This document shows positions 22,433 through 35,329 of a DNA stretch of 64,000 nucleotides, in pieces (position 1 is the stretch's first letter; the number at the start of each line of letters is the position of its first letter). The notes below the pieces were generated by a model. The model had not been told where the DNA came from, did not search any database, and was given only the letters and a program-made list of their open reading frames with translations. A program made the position numbers and the translations under genes. The DNA comes from Felis catus (Eukaryota). Location of the stretch: the NCBI RefSeq assembly GCF_018350175.1, contig NC_058373.1, forward strand, positions 104,968,001 through 105,032,000, given 5' to 3'.

Positions 22433-23037
22433 TTCTAAAGTAGTACTCATTTTTTATCATCTTTTTTTCATTATACTACTACAGATGAGGACTTTCTGAC
22501 AAAGCCTATGTGGAAAGTCCACGTCTTAATATAGTTAGTACATGTGTTATGTAACCATCTTCCTCTCCCCCAAAACTATAAGCTCTCTGAATTAAAACAG
22601 TGTGTTTTATATAGTCTCACATCTCCCACAACAACTACGGCAGTGCCTTGACATAGCAGCTGTTCAAAAAAAGTATTTGTCGACTATTTAATTATGGCCA
22701 TAAGCTTATTACCAAAATAAACACAGTAATGCTCATCATTTTACAACTATGAAGCACAAACTGAATACTACTAACATATAGAGTGTGATAAGTTTCAGAA
22801 TGAAACATATTAATCTCATACAAATTGGGAAGATATAGTCCAATGTAAGGGGCTTTGAGACTCGGGATTTAATTATTTTTTACATCCTATGAGACGCGGT
22901 TAACCCATGCATGTACATGTCCTGTTTGAAACCAGAGAACTGAGCCAACTGATATTTCAAGTCTCCTTCTAAAAACAAGTATGAAGTCTTTTTCATTGGT
23001 AAAGTTTACATTCATTTAAAAAGGAGTTACTCATGAA

Positions 23038-23210
23038 GGGCACCTGGGTGGTTCAGTTGGATGAGCGTCTGACCTTGGCTCAGGTCGTGATCTAGCAGGT
23101 TGTGATTTCAAGCTTCGCTTCGGATCCTCTGTCTCCCTCTCTCTGCCTCTCCACCCTGCCCCCCATCTCTCTCAAAAATAAATAAACATTTTTTAAAAAT
23201 TGTTTTAAAT
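23038..23210 (+). mobile_element. CAN-SINE (internally deleted)
   Basis: SINEC head and tail; TSD AAAAAGGAGTT(A/G)CTCA. Confidence 0.88.
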
Positions 23211-23847
23211 AAAAAGGAGTTGCTCAGGAACAAGAAATGCCCTGCATGTAAGATAAAAAAGAAGAAAAAACTGCTCTAAGGTGAATCCAGTACTCATATT
23301 CCATCTAGGCCTAGATCCTTTGAAATAGCTGGAGCACTGTGTTTTGTTTTATTTATTCTTTGTCAAGACCTACAATATAAAGTAGACATAAAAGACGCAT
23401 TTTGCAGAATCTGCTCAAAGCAATTCCTCCGTAACTTGTTTACAAAAATAGCCAAAGGCAAAAAAAATCTCCTTCAGAATCAGAATGATTGAAAATATGT
23501 CTCATACAGAGGAAATTATTTCCTTTTGGACTGGTCCAAAGTGTGAGGCAATACTACAAAAGAAGAAATGAATTTGTCTCCAAAAAATTCCCAGTAAAGA
23601 TAAATGGGATGATCACGTAATGTTCTTTCTTTTCTCTTTTTGCTTTTAGGAGCTTTCTATAAGTGGTTTTCAGGCATAGTGACATGTTTTGTTTTCCTTC
23701 CATCTCTCTTTTTGTAAAAGCCATTTTAAGGCACTTACCATGGCCAGCTGATGTTCATTTTATGACATTGTTCTCAGCAGCCACCTTACATGGATGAGCA
23801 CTTTTCCCTCAGACCAGATATTGCTTGGTTCATAAAAAAAAACAAAA

Positions 23848-23878
<31 letters not shown>

Positions 23879-24569
23879 CTTTTATCCCTGTCAGACTCCA
23901 ATTTTCCTGTAAATTCTATGTCTCTGGTTTTCTTTCCTCATCCTTCTTGCTTCCCAGATTCTGTACTGCTGCTTTTGAAATTTAAGGTCTTCTCCGTGGT
24001 GTATATTGTTCCCTTTTTTGAAGATGCTAGCCTGAACACTTTGGCCCTATCCTTTTTGATTTCAGAGTCTTGAATTCCAGTGTGCTGCTGAGTTTGAGGC
24101 AGCCTTGAAGACTATAACTCAATCCCACGTGGGACAATGCGTTCATGAGCACTTTTATAAGCCCATTCATTTGCCCAAGGCACAAATACAAGCAATTAGC
24201 TTTACCTCTTCTCTCTATCCCCCTATGTGGGAGGAAGAAATGTGGCAGACATGAAGGGCATCTTAAGCAAATGATAAAGACATGGAAGAAATAAAAATAT
24301 TAGAAGATATAAACATTTTCCCCATCACAGAGAAAGAAATGGAGACCAAGATGGTTACCTCCACCCTCTTCCTCCTTCTCCGTTTCTGCCCCCAGGCCCA
24401 ACTGGAGAAGACTGGAGAAATGAGGGACAAAGCACAAAGTCAAGGGATAGAGAGGAGACTCAGAATCCTTCCTTCCTCTTCCAGCCTTCTTCAAGAAAAG
24501 CCTTGAAGGTTGCAACTTTGAGGACTGGGGGTGGTATGTCTGAGAGAAGTCCCTCCTTCTGGAAAGTTC

Positions 24570-24844
24570 AGTGGGATTAGGCTAAGGTGGAGTTTTACTT
24601 TATACACAATGGTTGTTAAAATAATGAAGCATTTCCGTATCAGTTGGTGTAAATCCATTACTACAAGCTGTTACTCCCAAGTCCTCCCTCCCAATGCCCT
24701 TTTTTTCCCAGTCTCAGCCCCCCACCAGCTCCCCATCACCCCAAGGAAAGGGGGGCCCATTAATGTCTAGCAGAGTTGGAGGTCTCTTGTGATTGGCTAG
24801 TGTAGTGCTCAGTGCCATTCCAAGTATTTTTAATAGCATCCCTG
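24570..24844 (-). mobile_element. Possible hAT-Tip100 (Arthur/Zaphod-like) remnant
   Basis: Reverse strand begins CAGGGATGCTATTAAAAATA...AGCCAATCA, resembling Tip100-family termini; degenerate. Confidence 0.35.
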
Positions 24845-24961
24845 GTTGAAGCAGAACTGTGACATATTTAGAGAGGGAATATGGGATAGACCTTCTCCCC
24901 ATAAAAGCCCATTTCAGGCCAGAGTCCACCAGTGGTACTTTTTTACAAAGTGGCTCTCCCT

Positions 24962-25210
24962 GGGGCGCCTGGGTGGCTCAGTCGGTTGGGCGTCCGACTT
25001 CGGCTCAGGTCATGATCTCACGTTTTGTGGGTTCGAGCCGCGCATCGGGCTCTATGCTGACAGCTCAGAGCCTGGAGCCTGCTTCAGATTCTGTGTCTCC
25101 CTCTCTCTCTGACCCTCCCCTGTTCATGCTCTGTCTCTCTCTGTCTCAAAAATAAATAAACATTAAAAAAAAATTTTTTTAATAAAAAAAAAAAACAAAA
25201 AAAACCCACC
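24962..25210 (+). mobile_element. CAN-SINE
   Basis: SINEC; TSD AAGTGGCTCTCCCT. Confidence 0.92.
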
Positions 25211-26709
25211 AAGTGGCTCTCCCTGATAGTAGACTCTGGTCGTGCCTTTGAGCCTGTGCCTTGCAGAAGGAAAGAGAACTTCCTGCTTAGGTTGCCTGAA
25301 GATTCTTGGCCTTTCTAGGATGAGAGCAAACAAATGTTCTAGAATGTAAGTGCTTAGGAACTAGGACTGTGCCTTTAGCTTCAAAACAAGATAGTAATAG
25401 TTCTGATAGCCTAGGATTGTTGGGAAGATTAAATGAGATAATATGGAAAGTACTTAGCACAGTGTCCTTAACACCCATTACGTTGTCCATAGATACTATT
25501 ATGTGAGACATAGTGCAGAGTCAGTGATGAGGTATTGATTTCCAGGTGTAAAACCAGGTATTTCCTGAGTTGATGACTAATGAATTTTTTTTCCCTCAAG
25601 AAGTTTCTGAGAGCAGAAGGGAGCCTATTGATATCCCCCTGTTTAAATTTCAAGTTTATGATGGAAAGGATAATTTTCTGGAGATAGATTTTAGAGTGGT
25701 TCTTTTGGCATAATTCTGTAGAATTTTCTTAGAATCTCACCAAAGAAATTTAATCAATAATGCTCTCAAGTTTAACTAAGTAATAGAAAGTTCCTGTTAA
25801 TACCGATTTTTTTTCCCCTGCAAACAGAAATGTTCTTAAACAGGCAGAAAACATTTTGTAATTTGCCAAGATTATGCTATTATTTAATTGATTTAGCATT
25901 TTATGAAAAATCACTTAACTGGAAGCAATTACCTCACTTACACAGCTGAAGATAGGTTCAAACTGTAATAGTGTCTGGCCTATTACAGACACTCAATATA
26001 TTTATCTTATTTAGGGATCTTGAAACACTTTATAGTTATGGAGGTATAGCTCTGCTCCAATTTCCTCATTCATCAAATGAGACACTGAAACTGCAAGAGA
26101 TTGCAAAGCCCACTCAGGAACTCTTCCTCTCTTGCAGAGGGCTGTCTGGCATTATCCTGTTTCGAAGGGAGAGAACGTATTTAATGGCTTAATCAAAGAT
26201 TTGGCTTTACAGCTAAGCATCATAATCTACACTGATGCATCTGTGCCTGGGCTCATGTTCTTTTATCTGACTTGAACATTTGTCTCACCTTTCTTTGCCT
26301 GGCTAAGGATGTTTATTCATCTTCAGGACTCACCTTGAGGATCACCTCCAGGAAACTATCCTGATGGCCTAGGCTGGACTGAGTGTCCTTCTTCAGGCCC
26401 CCATCACACCTGGGCATGCCCTGTCATAGCACTCAGGTTCAGAATAGCCGTCTATCAGGCACCCCGTCTCTTTGCTGGTGCTAAGCCTAACCTCCTGCAC
26501 CCTGTTCTGCCCCTATCACTTTCCAGGTGGTATCTTCCCAAACCTACACATCCCCACCATATTCTCCCCACCAACCCATATCACGCCTCAGCTCTAGTCA
26601 CCCCAGCCTGAATCCCTCCCTGAATCCCCCTGCCTGAATGAACTCTAGCTTGCATCTCTCCCCACCAGACCACATCTTCCTGCGTGTGTCCCTCCAGCCT
26701 GTATCAGCT

Positions 26710-26871
26710 TGTGAAAGGAAGAATTGTAAGACCGTCCCAAAGATTCCTGGCCCCTGATGCACAGACACCTTCTCCCAGACATTCAATCAAACTCTAATCT
26801 AGATGCTCCTGGAAAGTGATTTTGCAAATGTAATTAAGACCCAAATCTGTTTGCCTTAAGTGTTTATTTAT

Positions 26872-26920
<49 letters not shown>

Positions 26921-27535
26921 AAGCGAGCATGCATGCAAGAGGATCAGAGAGAGGGAGAAAGAGAATCCCAAACAAGGTCCTCACTGTCAGCACAGAGCCC
27001 AATGCGGGGCTCGATCTAACGAATCATGAGATCATGTCCTGAGCCAAATTAAAGAGTCAGACGCTTAACCACCTGATCCACCCAGGTGCCCCCAAATCTG
27101 TTGACTTTAAAATAGAGAGATGACCTGGGTGGGCCTGATCATATGAGCCCTTTAAATCTGGTTCAGGAAGCTAACACAGGTAAGTCAGCAATGTGAAGCA
27201 TGAGAGGGCAGATAGAGGGGGTCATGTGGTAAGGAACTAGAGTGCCTTCTAGTTGCTAAGAGTGGCCCCTGCCAACAGCCAGCAAGAAAATGGGGGTCTC
27301 AGTTCTACAACCACAAGGAACTGAATTCCAACAATTATGTGAGCTTGAAAGGGGACCCTGAGCTCCAAAAAGGAACACAGCCCAGCAGACCTCTTGATTT
27401 TAGCCTTCTGATAGCCTGAGTAGAGACAGCTATATTGGGCCTGGACTTCTGACCTACAGAAGTGGAATTAATAAACAGGTGTTGTTTTAAACCACTAAAT
27501 TTGTGATTGTTACACAGCACTAGAAATCTAACACA
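26710..27535 (+). mobile_element. MLT1E-like MaLR solo LTR interrupted by a CAN-SINE (26856-27092, minus strand)
   Basis: TGTG...ACA ends; GATTTTGCAAATGTAATTAAG, CAGCCAGCAAGAAAATGGGGGTCTCAG, CAACCACAAGGAACTGAATTC motifs; nested SINE TSD CCAAATCTGTT. Confidence 0.8.
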
Positions 27536-27758
27536 ACCTCCCCAGCCTGATCCCCAATTTGTATCCCCTCAGTCTATCTTCCCCCAGCTGAATCTTCCCA
27601 GATAGATCACCCCAGCTTGAGTCATTCTGTAGCCCAGGTCATTCGCCTCCCCCAACATGGATCTCCCGGCCTGTATTCCTCCCAGCTTGTACCATTCCCC
27701 AGCCTGAATGCCCTCCACAAACACACAGCCTGTCATATACAACCCCCCAGCAATCCAG

Positions 27759-27759
<1 letters not shown>

Positions 27760-27798
<39 letters not shown>
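27760..27798. repeat. (CA)n microsatellite
   Basis: Uninterrupted CA run. Confidence 0.95.
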
Positions 27799-27800
<2 letters not shown>

Positions 27801-28479
27801 CACTAGCACCACTAACACTACCACTATGCTGCACACCAAAGCACCCTAAGTGATTTCAGCCCAAGAAACACACCAGTCAAGTTCACAGTCTGCATTATCA
27901 GATGGAAATTTTGTCTCCTTTCCAAGGGCTGGGCATCCCAAAAAGAAAATGGTAGTCTCTTCTCCTTTGCTCCCTTGAGCCTCAAGCCAATCATGAGCCA
28001 CCCATCAATCCTACTTGTAGGAAGTCCTACCTCCTAGAGTCCCAGGCCCTGAGGTAGTTTCTCCAGCACTCTAGAATCAGAGGACCCCTCCAGGTGGCTG
28101 AAGGCACTCCCTTTCCAAAGGAAATGAACTGGGCCTCAAACCCACTGGCCAAAATCCTCTTATCTCCCCTCTCTAAGGATCTGAAAATCTCTTTCCTCCA
28201 GGAGTATTGCTGACATTCCCCCCCACCCCCCTCGTCCCCCCTCTCTTCCAGGGCCAAACATTGTTTTCTCTCCTTCTGGGCTTTTTGCCATCTATACTAT
28301 CCTACAGCTTACATTTGCAAGATGGTCCTGCTCTTCTCAATCAGGTATTCCTCAATTATTTATTCTTGTACCTGAACCAGAACACTCTGATGTAGTTGAA
28401 ATGAGTGGCATCAGTCGCCAATACTTACCTTCAAAAAGCAAACAGTAGGTAAAAAAGCTAGAATATCTACATAAAAGGA

Positions 28480-28660
28480 TAAATAACTTTATATGTAACA
28501 ACCCTATAAGGTACTGTTATTGCCCTTATCTCACAGATGAAGAAATTGAAGTTCAGAGAGGTTAAGTAAGTTGTCAAAGGGCACACAGCAAGCAGAGCTG
28601 GGATACCAGCTCAGATGGTCTGATTCCAGACCCTATCCTCTTATCCACTCTGCCAAATAC
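28480..28660 (-). mobile_element. MIR (followed by L2 fragment to about 29050)
   Basis: ACAGATGAAGAAATTGAAGTTCAGAGAGGTTAAGTAAGTTGTCAAAGG MIR core. Confidence 0.8.
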
Positions 28661-29679
28661 TTAACTAGATTTCGGGATCACTGTGGTAAGTAGAGTATTA
28701 TGCGATTTATGTGACAAAGGAGGAAGCGAGAAAGCAGAGAGAACTGTATGCTAATGTGATCAGGAACTTCACCACAAAGTGAGATTCAAGCTAGCATGGC
28801 AGGAAAATTAGGGCTCAGGGTTACAAGTGTGGGGCATTCAGGTCAGGGGATGGAATGAGTTAGGCATGGGGTTGAGAGCATGCATGTTCTGGCACCATAA
28901 TTTGTATGGGAGGAGTCGTGGGAAATGAGGTTGGCGTAGTAAGTGGAGACCAGACTGTGACTGCCGTGGATGTCACGCCAAGGAAGTTGGCCTTAACTTC
29001 CAAGGCAAGAGGAAGGCTTCTTTCTGAGCAAGTGGTTGGAAAAAGGGGAGAGGCAGCTGGATAGGGGGACTCCCCAGACTTGGGAGAATTAAAAAATCAT
29101 TTGCAGGTTTAGTGCTTCGGTGTCTAGAATGATTTTAGTTTTAATAATAGAAACTGACTAAATTATGTTTGGAACTGAAATTTGCCTCCTTAAAATAGTT
29201 GCATATATAGGACTGGTCTTTAAATTCTGCTGGGATGGAAATTGCATTTGCCCTTTCCATAGAGCAATCCAGGAAAAAATTTGTAGAGGGCCAGACAAGT
29301 GTGAAGAGTTAACAGGATCGTCAGAATCCTAGAGAGGCTCCTTTCCCTACAGAAAATTTCAAACAGTTCAGCTATGCTTTGGGCATTTTGACAATGAACC
29401 AGTTACCTTCTGGGGTATACTCTCTAAATAGGACAATTGAGATTTCAATTCTGGGGCTCCTTTCTTGCTCTATATGTATATTGAGCAGGTGAGAAGTGGG
29501 TTTCTGTTGACAATGAGATCAAAGTAGGTCTAACTGGCTGAAGCTCTAAAAAAAAATGTGCTGGTCAATAGTTATAGATTGAAGGTTATCACTATATACT
29601 CCCCAGCTTTTTTTGAGATACTTCAGGGTTTTTAGGAGTTTAGTTACTATGAATATCCAGCCTAAACGAAATACTTTTT

Positions 29680-29717
29680 TTAAAAAAACTGTTTTGTTTT
29701 GGTTTTAGTTTATTTAT

Positions 29718-29776
<59 letters not shown>

Positions 29777-29934
29777 ACACAAGTGGGGGAGGGGCAGAGA
29801 GAGAGAATCCCAAGCAGGTTCTGAACAGCCAGCACAGAGCTCAATGCAGGGATCAAACTCACGAACCCTGAAGATCATGACCTGAGCCGAATCAAGAGTC
29901 AGACACTTCACCCACTGAGCCACCCAGGCGCCCC
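29680..29934 (-). mobile_element. CAN-SINE
   Basis: (GA)n and reverse SINEC head; TSD approximately AAA.GA.ATACTTTTT. Confidence 0.9.
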
Positions 29935-30606
29935 AAAAGACATACTTTTTAATCTTTTACATCCACAGAAGGAACTAGGAAGACCATTCCCCCAAGACCA
30001 TAAAGAGCATAGGAAAGGCACTTCATGCTGGCCTGGGAACCGCAAATACTCCACAAACCAGGGGAGGCAGCTGGTGCCCTCCAGCATTGCCTGGCATGGG
30101 AGCGTGAGCTGAGACAGAAAGGGAGCAGCAGAGACCTGAAACCTCCGTGCCACTCCCACCTGTAACTCCCACCCCCATGGGTGGTCCAGACCTGCAAGAG
30201 AAAGCCAGCACAGTTCACTTCCTAGTCTTGCCATCTGCCAACTGGATTCACCTTAAGCAAGTTACCTTACCTCTCTGTGCCATACATACTCTAATCCCCC
30301 CAAAAAGAAGTGAAAATGATCTGTTACATTGAATGCCATCTACAAAGTAGCTTTCCCTTCCCCTCAGTGGGCAGCAGGAAGCAGTGGAGGTAATGGGGTA
30401 TTCCAACAGGCATTTGGGCAGGGCCCAGGACCAGGGAGTCATGAGAAGTCAAGTCCTGGAGAAGAAGAAGACCAGGGCTAGGTGCCAGCGCATTCATAGA
30501 CAGGCTTCCACTGGACTGCAGCTTGCTGGGATTGACCTGCAGGATGGAATGTTCATGAAAAGGTAAATGGAGTTAGAAGTGGGGACCTGAGGCGGGTGGG
30601 GGGGGG

Positions 30607-30788
30607 GCGGGCGCCTGGGTGGCTCAGTCAGTTAAGCATCAAACTGCAGCTCAGATCATGATTTAATGGTTCATTAGGGTTTGTTTTGTGGATTTGAGCC
30701 CTGTGTGGAGCTCTGTGCTGACAGCTCAGAGCTCAGAGCCTGCTTCAGATTCTGTGTCTCCCTTTCCCTCTCTCTGCCCCTCCCCTGC

Positions 30789-30835
<47 letters not shown>

Positions 30836-30890
30836 CTGTCTCTAGCTCTTGCTCTCTCTCTCTCTGAAAAATAAATAAGTTAGCATTTAA
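30607..30890 (+). mobile_element. CAN-SINE containing (TG)n
   Basis: SINEC head; (TG)n at about 30790-30833. Confidence 0.88.
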
Positions 30891-31035
30891 AAGGTGCCTA
30901 AGGATGGCACCAAATCCCTGGAGATAAAGTGGAGAAGAAAGGGGATTTAAATGGGAAGTATGCATATTGGGAAGGATTGGGAATGGGGAGGGACTGGGGC
31001 TTACAAGATGCTGAAAGTGAGTGCTTTCAATAATA

Positions 31036-31053
31036 AAAGAAAGAAAGAAGAAA

Positions 31054-31120
<67 letters not shown>
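31036..31120. repeat. (GAAA)n tetranucleotide microsatellite
   Basis: Long GAAA run. Confidence 0.95.
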
Positions 31121-31121
<1 letters not shown>

Positions 31122-31311
31122 GAAAAAAAATACTAAGCCAAGACAGGAAAACCTTTGCCCTGAGACCAAGATTCAGGACAGTCTTCCCTGACAAAACTAG
31201 TAAGAAAAGGACAGGGGTTTGGTGACAAAACAAAGACCCAATTATCAAAACTGGGATAGATAATGGGAGCAAGGTTGGAGCTGGATGACGAGATCAGATC
31301 TGGAGGAACAG

Positions 31312-31377
31312 CTGAGACCCGGTGCTGAGTCACTGTGACCTGGTGCTGAGTCAGCAGAACACTGCCCCTCTGATTGG
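31312..31377. promoter_or_regulatory. Candidate enhancer: tandem ARE/MARE (CNC-sMAF/MAF/AP-1) sites plus CCAAT
   Basis: TGCTGAGTCAC (31323-31333) and TGCTGAGTCAGCA (31344-31356), 21 bp apart; CTGATTGG at 31370-31377. Confidence 0.55.
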
Positions 31378-31829
31378 TCCCCAGGCTGGGGGTGCAGAGG
31401 GAAGTCCAGAGCCCTCGCTGTGAGCAGGGGGGGACCGAGAGCAGGAACCTAACCTTGGCATTAAAAGGGCAAAGACTGGATGGAATCTTGCAGTCAGGGG
31501 CTTTCCAGGCAGCAGCAGAAGCCAAATTCTTTGCAGTTTCTGCCTCACACTCACCTCAGGGGAGCTTGTTAATAATATCAGTGTTCCAGCCCACCTCAGA
31601 CTTAAAGAACTAGAATCTCTGTGGGTGAGGACAAAACATCTAGTACCGGTGAATTCGATGCAAAATAAAATTGAAAACCCGTAAGTTTAGATTCTAACCT
31701 TTATAAAGACATTCTTCCTCACCTTGGTTCTGATTTATAGACTGATGTCTGTCCCCTCACTCTCTCTAGAAAGTAGCCTCTAATAACCATATGGAGCTCA
31801 GACTGAGGTGGGTTCAGTTAGTTGCTTTC

Positions 31830-34240
31830 TTGCTGTGATAAAATATATACAATATAAAATATGCCATTTTAACCACTGTAAGTGTAAAAATCAATGCTGT
31901 TAATTATGTTGTGCAACCATCACCACTTTTTTCCTTTTCTATCACTCCTAACAGAAACTCTATAACCATTAAGTAGTAACTCCTCATTCCCCGCCCAACC
32001 CCCAGCCCCTGGGAACACCTAAGGTACTTTCTGACTCTATGAATTTGCCATTTCTAGATATTTCATGTAAGTGGAATCATACAGTAATTGACCTTTTGTA
32101 ACTGGCTTCCTTCACTTAACATGTTTTCAAGGTTCCTCCCTGTTGCCACATGTATCAGAACTTAATTTCTTTTTATGGCTGAATCAAGTTTCATTGTGTG
32201 GATAGATCACATTTTGTTTACCCATTCGTCTGATGATTGACACTTGAGTTGTTTCCACCTTTTGGCTATAGCGAACAATGCTGCAATAAACATTGGTATA
32301 TAAGTATTTGTCTGAGTCACACTTTTCAATTCTTTTGAGTATATACCTAGGAGTGAAATTTCTGGGTCATATGATAATTCTGTGTTTAACTTTACAAGGA
32401 ACTGCCAAACTGTTTCTTACAAAGGCTACAACATTTTATTATTCCCACTAGCAAGGCATGATGGTTCCAATTTTTCCACATCTTCAACAATATTTTTTAT
32501 TTTCCATTTTTAAAAATTATAACCGTTGTAGTAGGTGTGAAGTAGTATCTCATTAAAGTTGTTTTTTAATATTTTACTTTATTGATTTTTTTTTAAGTAA
32601 GCTCCAAACCCAGTGTGGGGCTTGAACCCATGACCCCGAGACCAAGAGTCACATGCTCACTCATTCTACTGACTGAGATGGTGCCCCTCATTGTAGGCTG
32701 ATTTGCGTTTCCCTAATGACTGATGCTGTTGACATCTTTCCACATGCTTACTGGCCATTTGTAAGCCTTCTTTGGAGAAAAGTCTATTAAATTCATTTGC
32801 CCAATTTTAAATTAGGTTGTTCTTCATTTTGTTGTTGAGTTACAAGAGTTCTGTGTATCTTCTGGATATTAAACTCTCATTAGGTAGGTGATTTGCAAAT
32901 ATTTTCTCACATTCTGTTAAGTTGTCTTTTCATTTTCTTGATAATGTCTTTTGGTGTCTGATAGTTTTTAATTTTCATGAAGTCCAATTTTTTTGTTGCT
33001 GCTTGTGCTTTTAGTGTCATGTTAAGAATCCATTGCCAAATCCAAGGTCATGAAGATTTACCTCTCTGTATTCTTCTATCAGTTTTATGGGTTATGCCTT
33101 TATATTTAAGTTGTTAATCCACCTTGAGTTAATTTTTGTATGCAGTGTGAGGTAGGATGGTCTAACCTCATTTTTTCCCATGTAGAAATCCAGTTGTCCC
33201 AGAACCATTTGGTGAAGAGTCTGCTCTCTCCCCATCGAATGGACTTGGCATCTTTGTCAAAAATTAGTTTATATATTACTCTTTAAGGGGTACAGAGTTT
33301 CAAATTTGCAAGATGAAAAGGGCTCTGAAGATGGATGGTGGTGTGATGGGTGCACAACAACGTGAATGACTTAATATCACTGAACTGTTGTATACTTAAA
33401 AATAGTTAAGATGAGACATTTTATGTGATGCGTATTTTATTACAATTTAAAAAAATCAATTGTAGGGGCGCCTGGGTGGCTCAGTCGGTTAAGCCTCCGA
33501 CTTCAGCTCAGGTCATGATCTCACGGTCCGTGAGTTCGAGCCCCGCGTGGGGCTCTGGGCTGATGGCTCAGAGCCTGGAGCCTGCTTCCGATTCTGTGTC
33601 TCCCTCTCTCTCTGCCCCTCCCCCATTCATGCTCTGTCTCTCTCTGTCTCAAAAATGAATAAACGTTAAAAAAAAAATTTAAAAAAAAATCAATTGTCCA
33701 CACAGGAATGGGTTTATTTCCAAACAATCATTTCTATCCCACTGCTCTGTATGTCTATCCTGATGCCAATAGAACACTGTTTTGATTACTATAACTCTGT
33801 AATAAGTTTTTCAAACTAGGAATATTCCAACTTTGTTTTTTTTCAGAATTGTTTTTGGCTATTCAGGGCCCCTTGCAATCCCGTAGGATTTGAGGACTAT
33901 CTTTTCCATTTCTTCAAGAAAACATTGTTGAAATTTTATTTTTTTCATGTTTATTTATTTTTTTGAGAGCAGGGCAGGGGCACAGAGAGAGGGGGACAGA
34001 GGATTTTTAGTGGGCTCCGTACAGAACATGACCTGAGCCTAAGTCGGATGCTTAACCCACTGAGCCACCCAGGTTCCCCCTCTGTTGACATTTTAATGAG
34101 ATTGTGTTGAATTTATAGTTAGCTTTGGGTAGTATTGCCATCTGAACAGTATTAAGTCTTTCAGCACATGAATACAATAAATACAAATGTCTTTGTATTT
34201 ATTTAGGTGCTCTGTCAGCAATGTTTCGTAGTTTTCAGTT
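31830..34240 (-). mobile_element. L1 (L1MA/L1MB-type) 3'UTR and ORF2 fragment with nested insertions
   Basis: Reverse L1 motifs GTTGTTTCCACCTTTTGGCTAT, CTTCTTTGGAGAAA, CCATTGCCAAATCCAAGGTCATGAAGATTT; nested SINEs at about 32560-32688, 33465-33683 and 33935-34080, and a plus-strand L1 3' end at about 33270-33455. Confidence 0.85.
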
Positions 34241-34822
34241 CAGCTAGGTGTTTACGTTATAACATTTTTCTCCCCTTTATTCAATATGACACACTTTAGG
34301 TCAAATAAAAAATAGAATGCAGCTTTCAAGAAGGCAATTAGTATTTCATTCATTGTGGTGTAACCCATCATGAGAAGAAAAGACTTACAGATCACATAGA
34401 ATTAAACCAGCATTTGATTCAAGATGCTTTCTTCAGAGTTCTGAACTAGGTGCTGGAGGGCCCCAATCTGCATTAGCTTAGTTACCATTGTAACCATCAG
34501 GTAGAAGTCTAAACTGTGATGGTTTAATGGGAAATGCTATAAAGCAGCCTTGTGCAGAAAGCTAAGGGCACACAGACAAAGCAAAACTAAGGGCACATAA
34601 TGAGAATTGGGTTGGGAAAAATGTCAAATAGGAGGCTTTGACCATAGAGTGGGATTTTGCCAGTCAGAAAGGGGAAGGGGGAGAAGGGCATGTGTGCGTT
34701 TGTGGTGGGAGGTGAGGAGGAGAAAAATGTGGAGATAAGGTAGAAGTGCCTTAATCCCCTCTGGTTAGTCAAGCAGTTCATTCATTTGAACAACTGTACA
34801 AAAATTTTAAGGCACATCTCTC

Positions 34823-35101
34823 TTTTTTTTTTAATTTTTTAAGTGTTTATTTATTTTTGAGAGACACAGAGCGTGATCAGGGGAGGGGCAGAGAGGGAGA
34901 CACAGAATCTGAAGCAGGCTCCAGGCTCTGAGTTGTCAGCACAAGACTGACGCAGGGCTCAAACAACTAACTGCAAGATCATGACCTGAGCTGAAGTCAG
35001 ACGCTCAACCGACTGAGCCATCCAGGTGCCCCTAATTTATCTTTTAATGTTTATTTATTTTTGAGAAACACAAAGTGTGAGCAGGGAAGGGGCAGGAAAG
35101 G

Positions 35102-35141
<40 letters not shown>

Positions 35142-35267
35142 CCAAAGCAGGCTCCAGGCTCTGAGCTGTCAGCACAGAGCCCAATATGGGGCTCAAACTT
35201 ACAAACCGCGAGATCATGACCTGAGCCGAGGTTGAATGCTTAACCAACTGAGCCACCCAGGGACCCC
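34823..35267 (-). mobile_element. Two tandem CAN-SINEs (34823-35032; 35033-35267)
   Basis: Outer TSD AAGGCACAT(C/A)TCTC encloses both, so one inserted into the tail of the other. Confidence 0.9.
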
Positions 35268-35329
35268 AAGGCACATATCTCTTAATATACTCCTTTCAAA
35301 AAATATGATACATTTAAAAAGTAATATTT

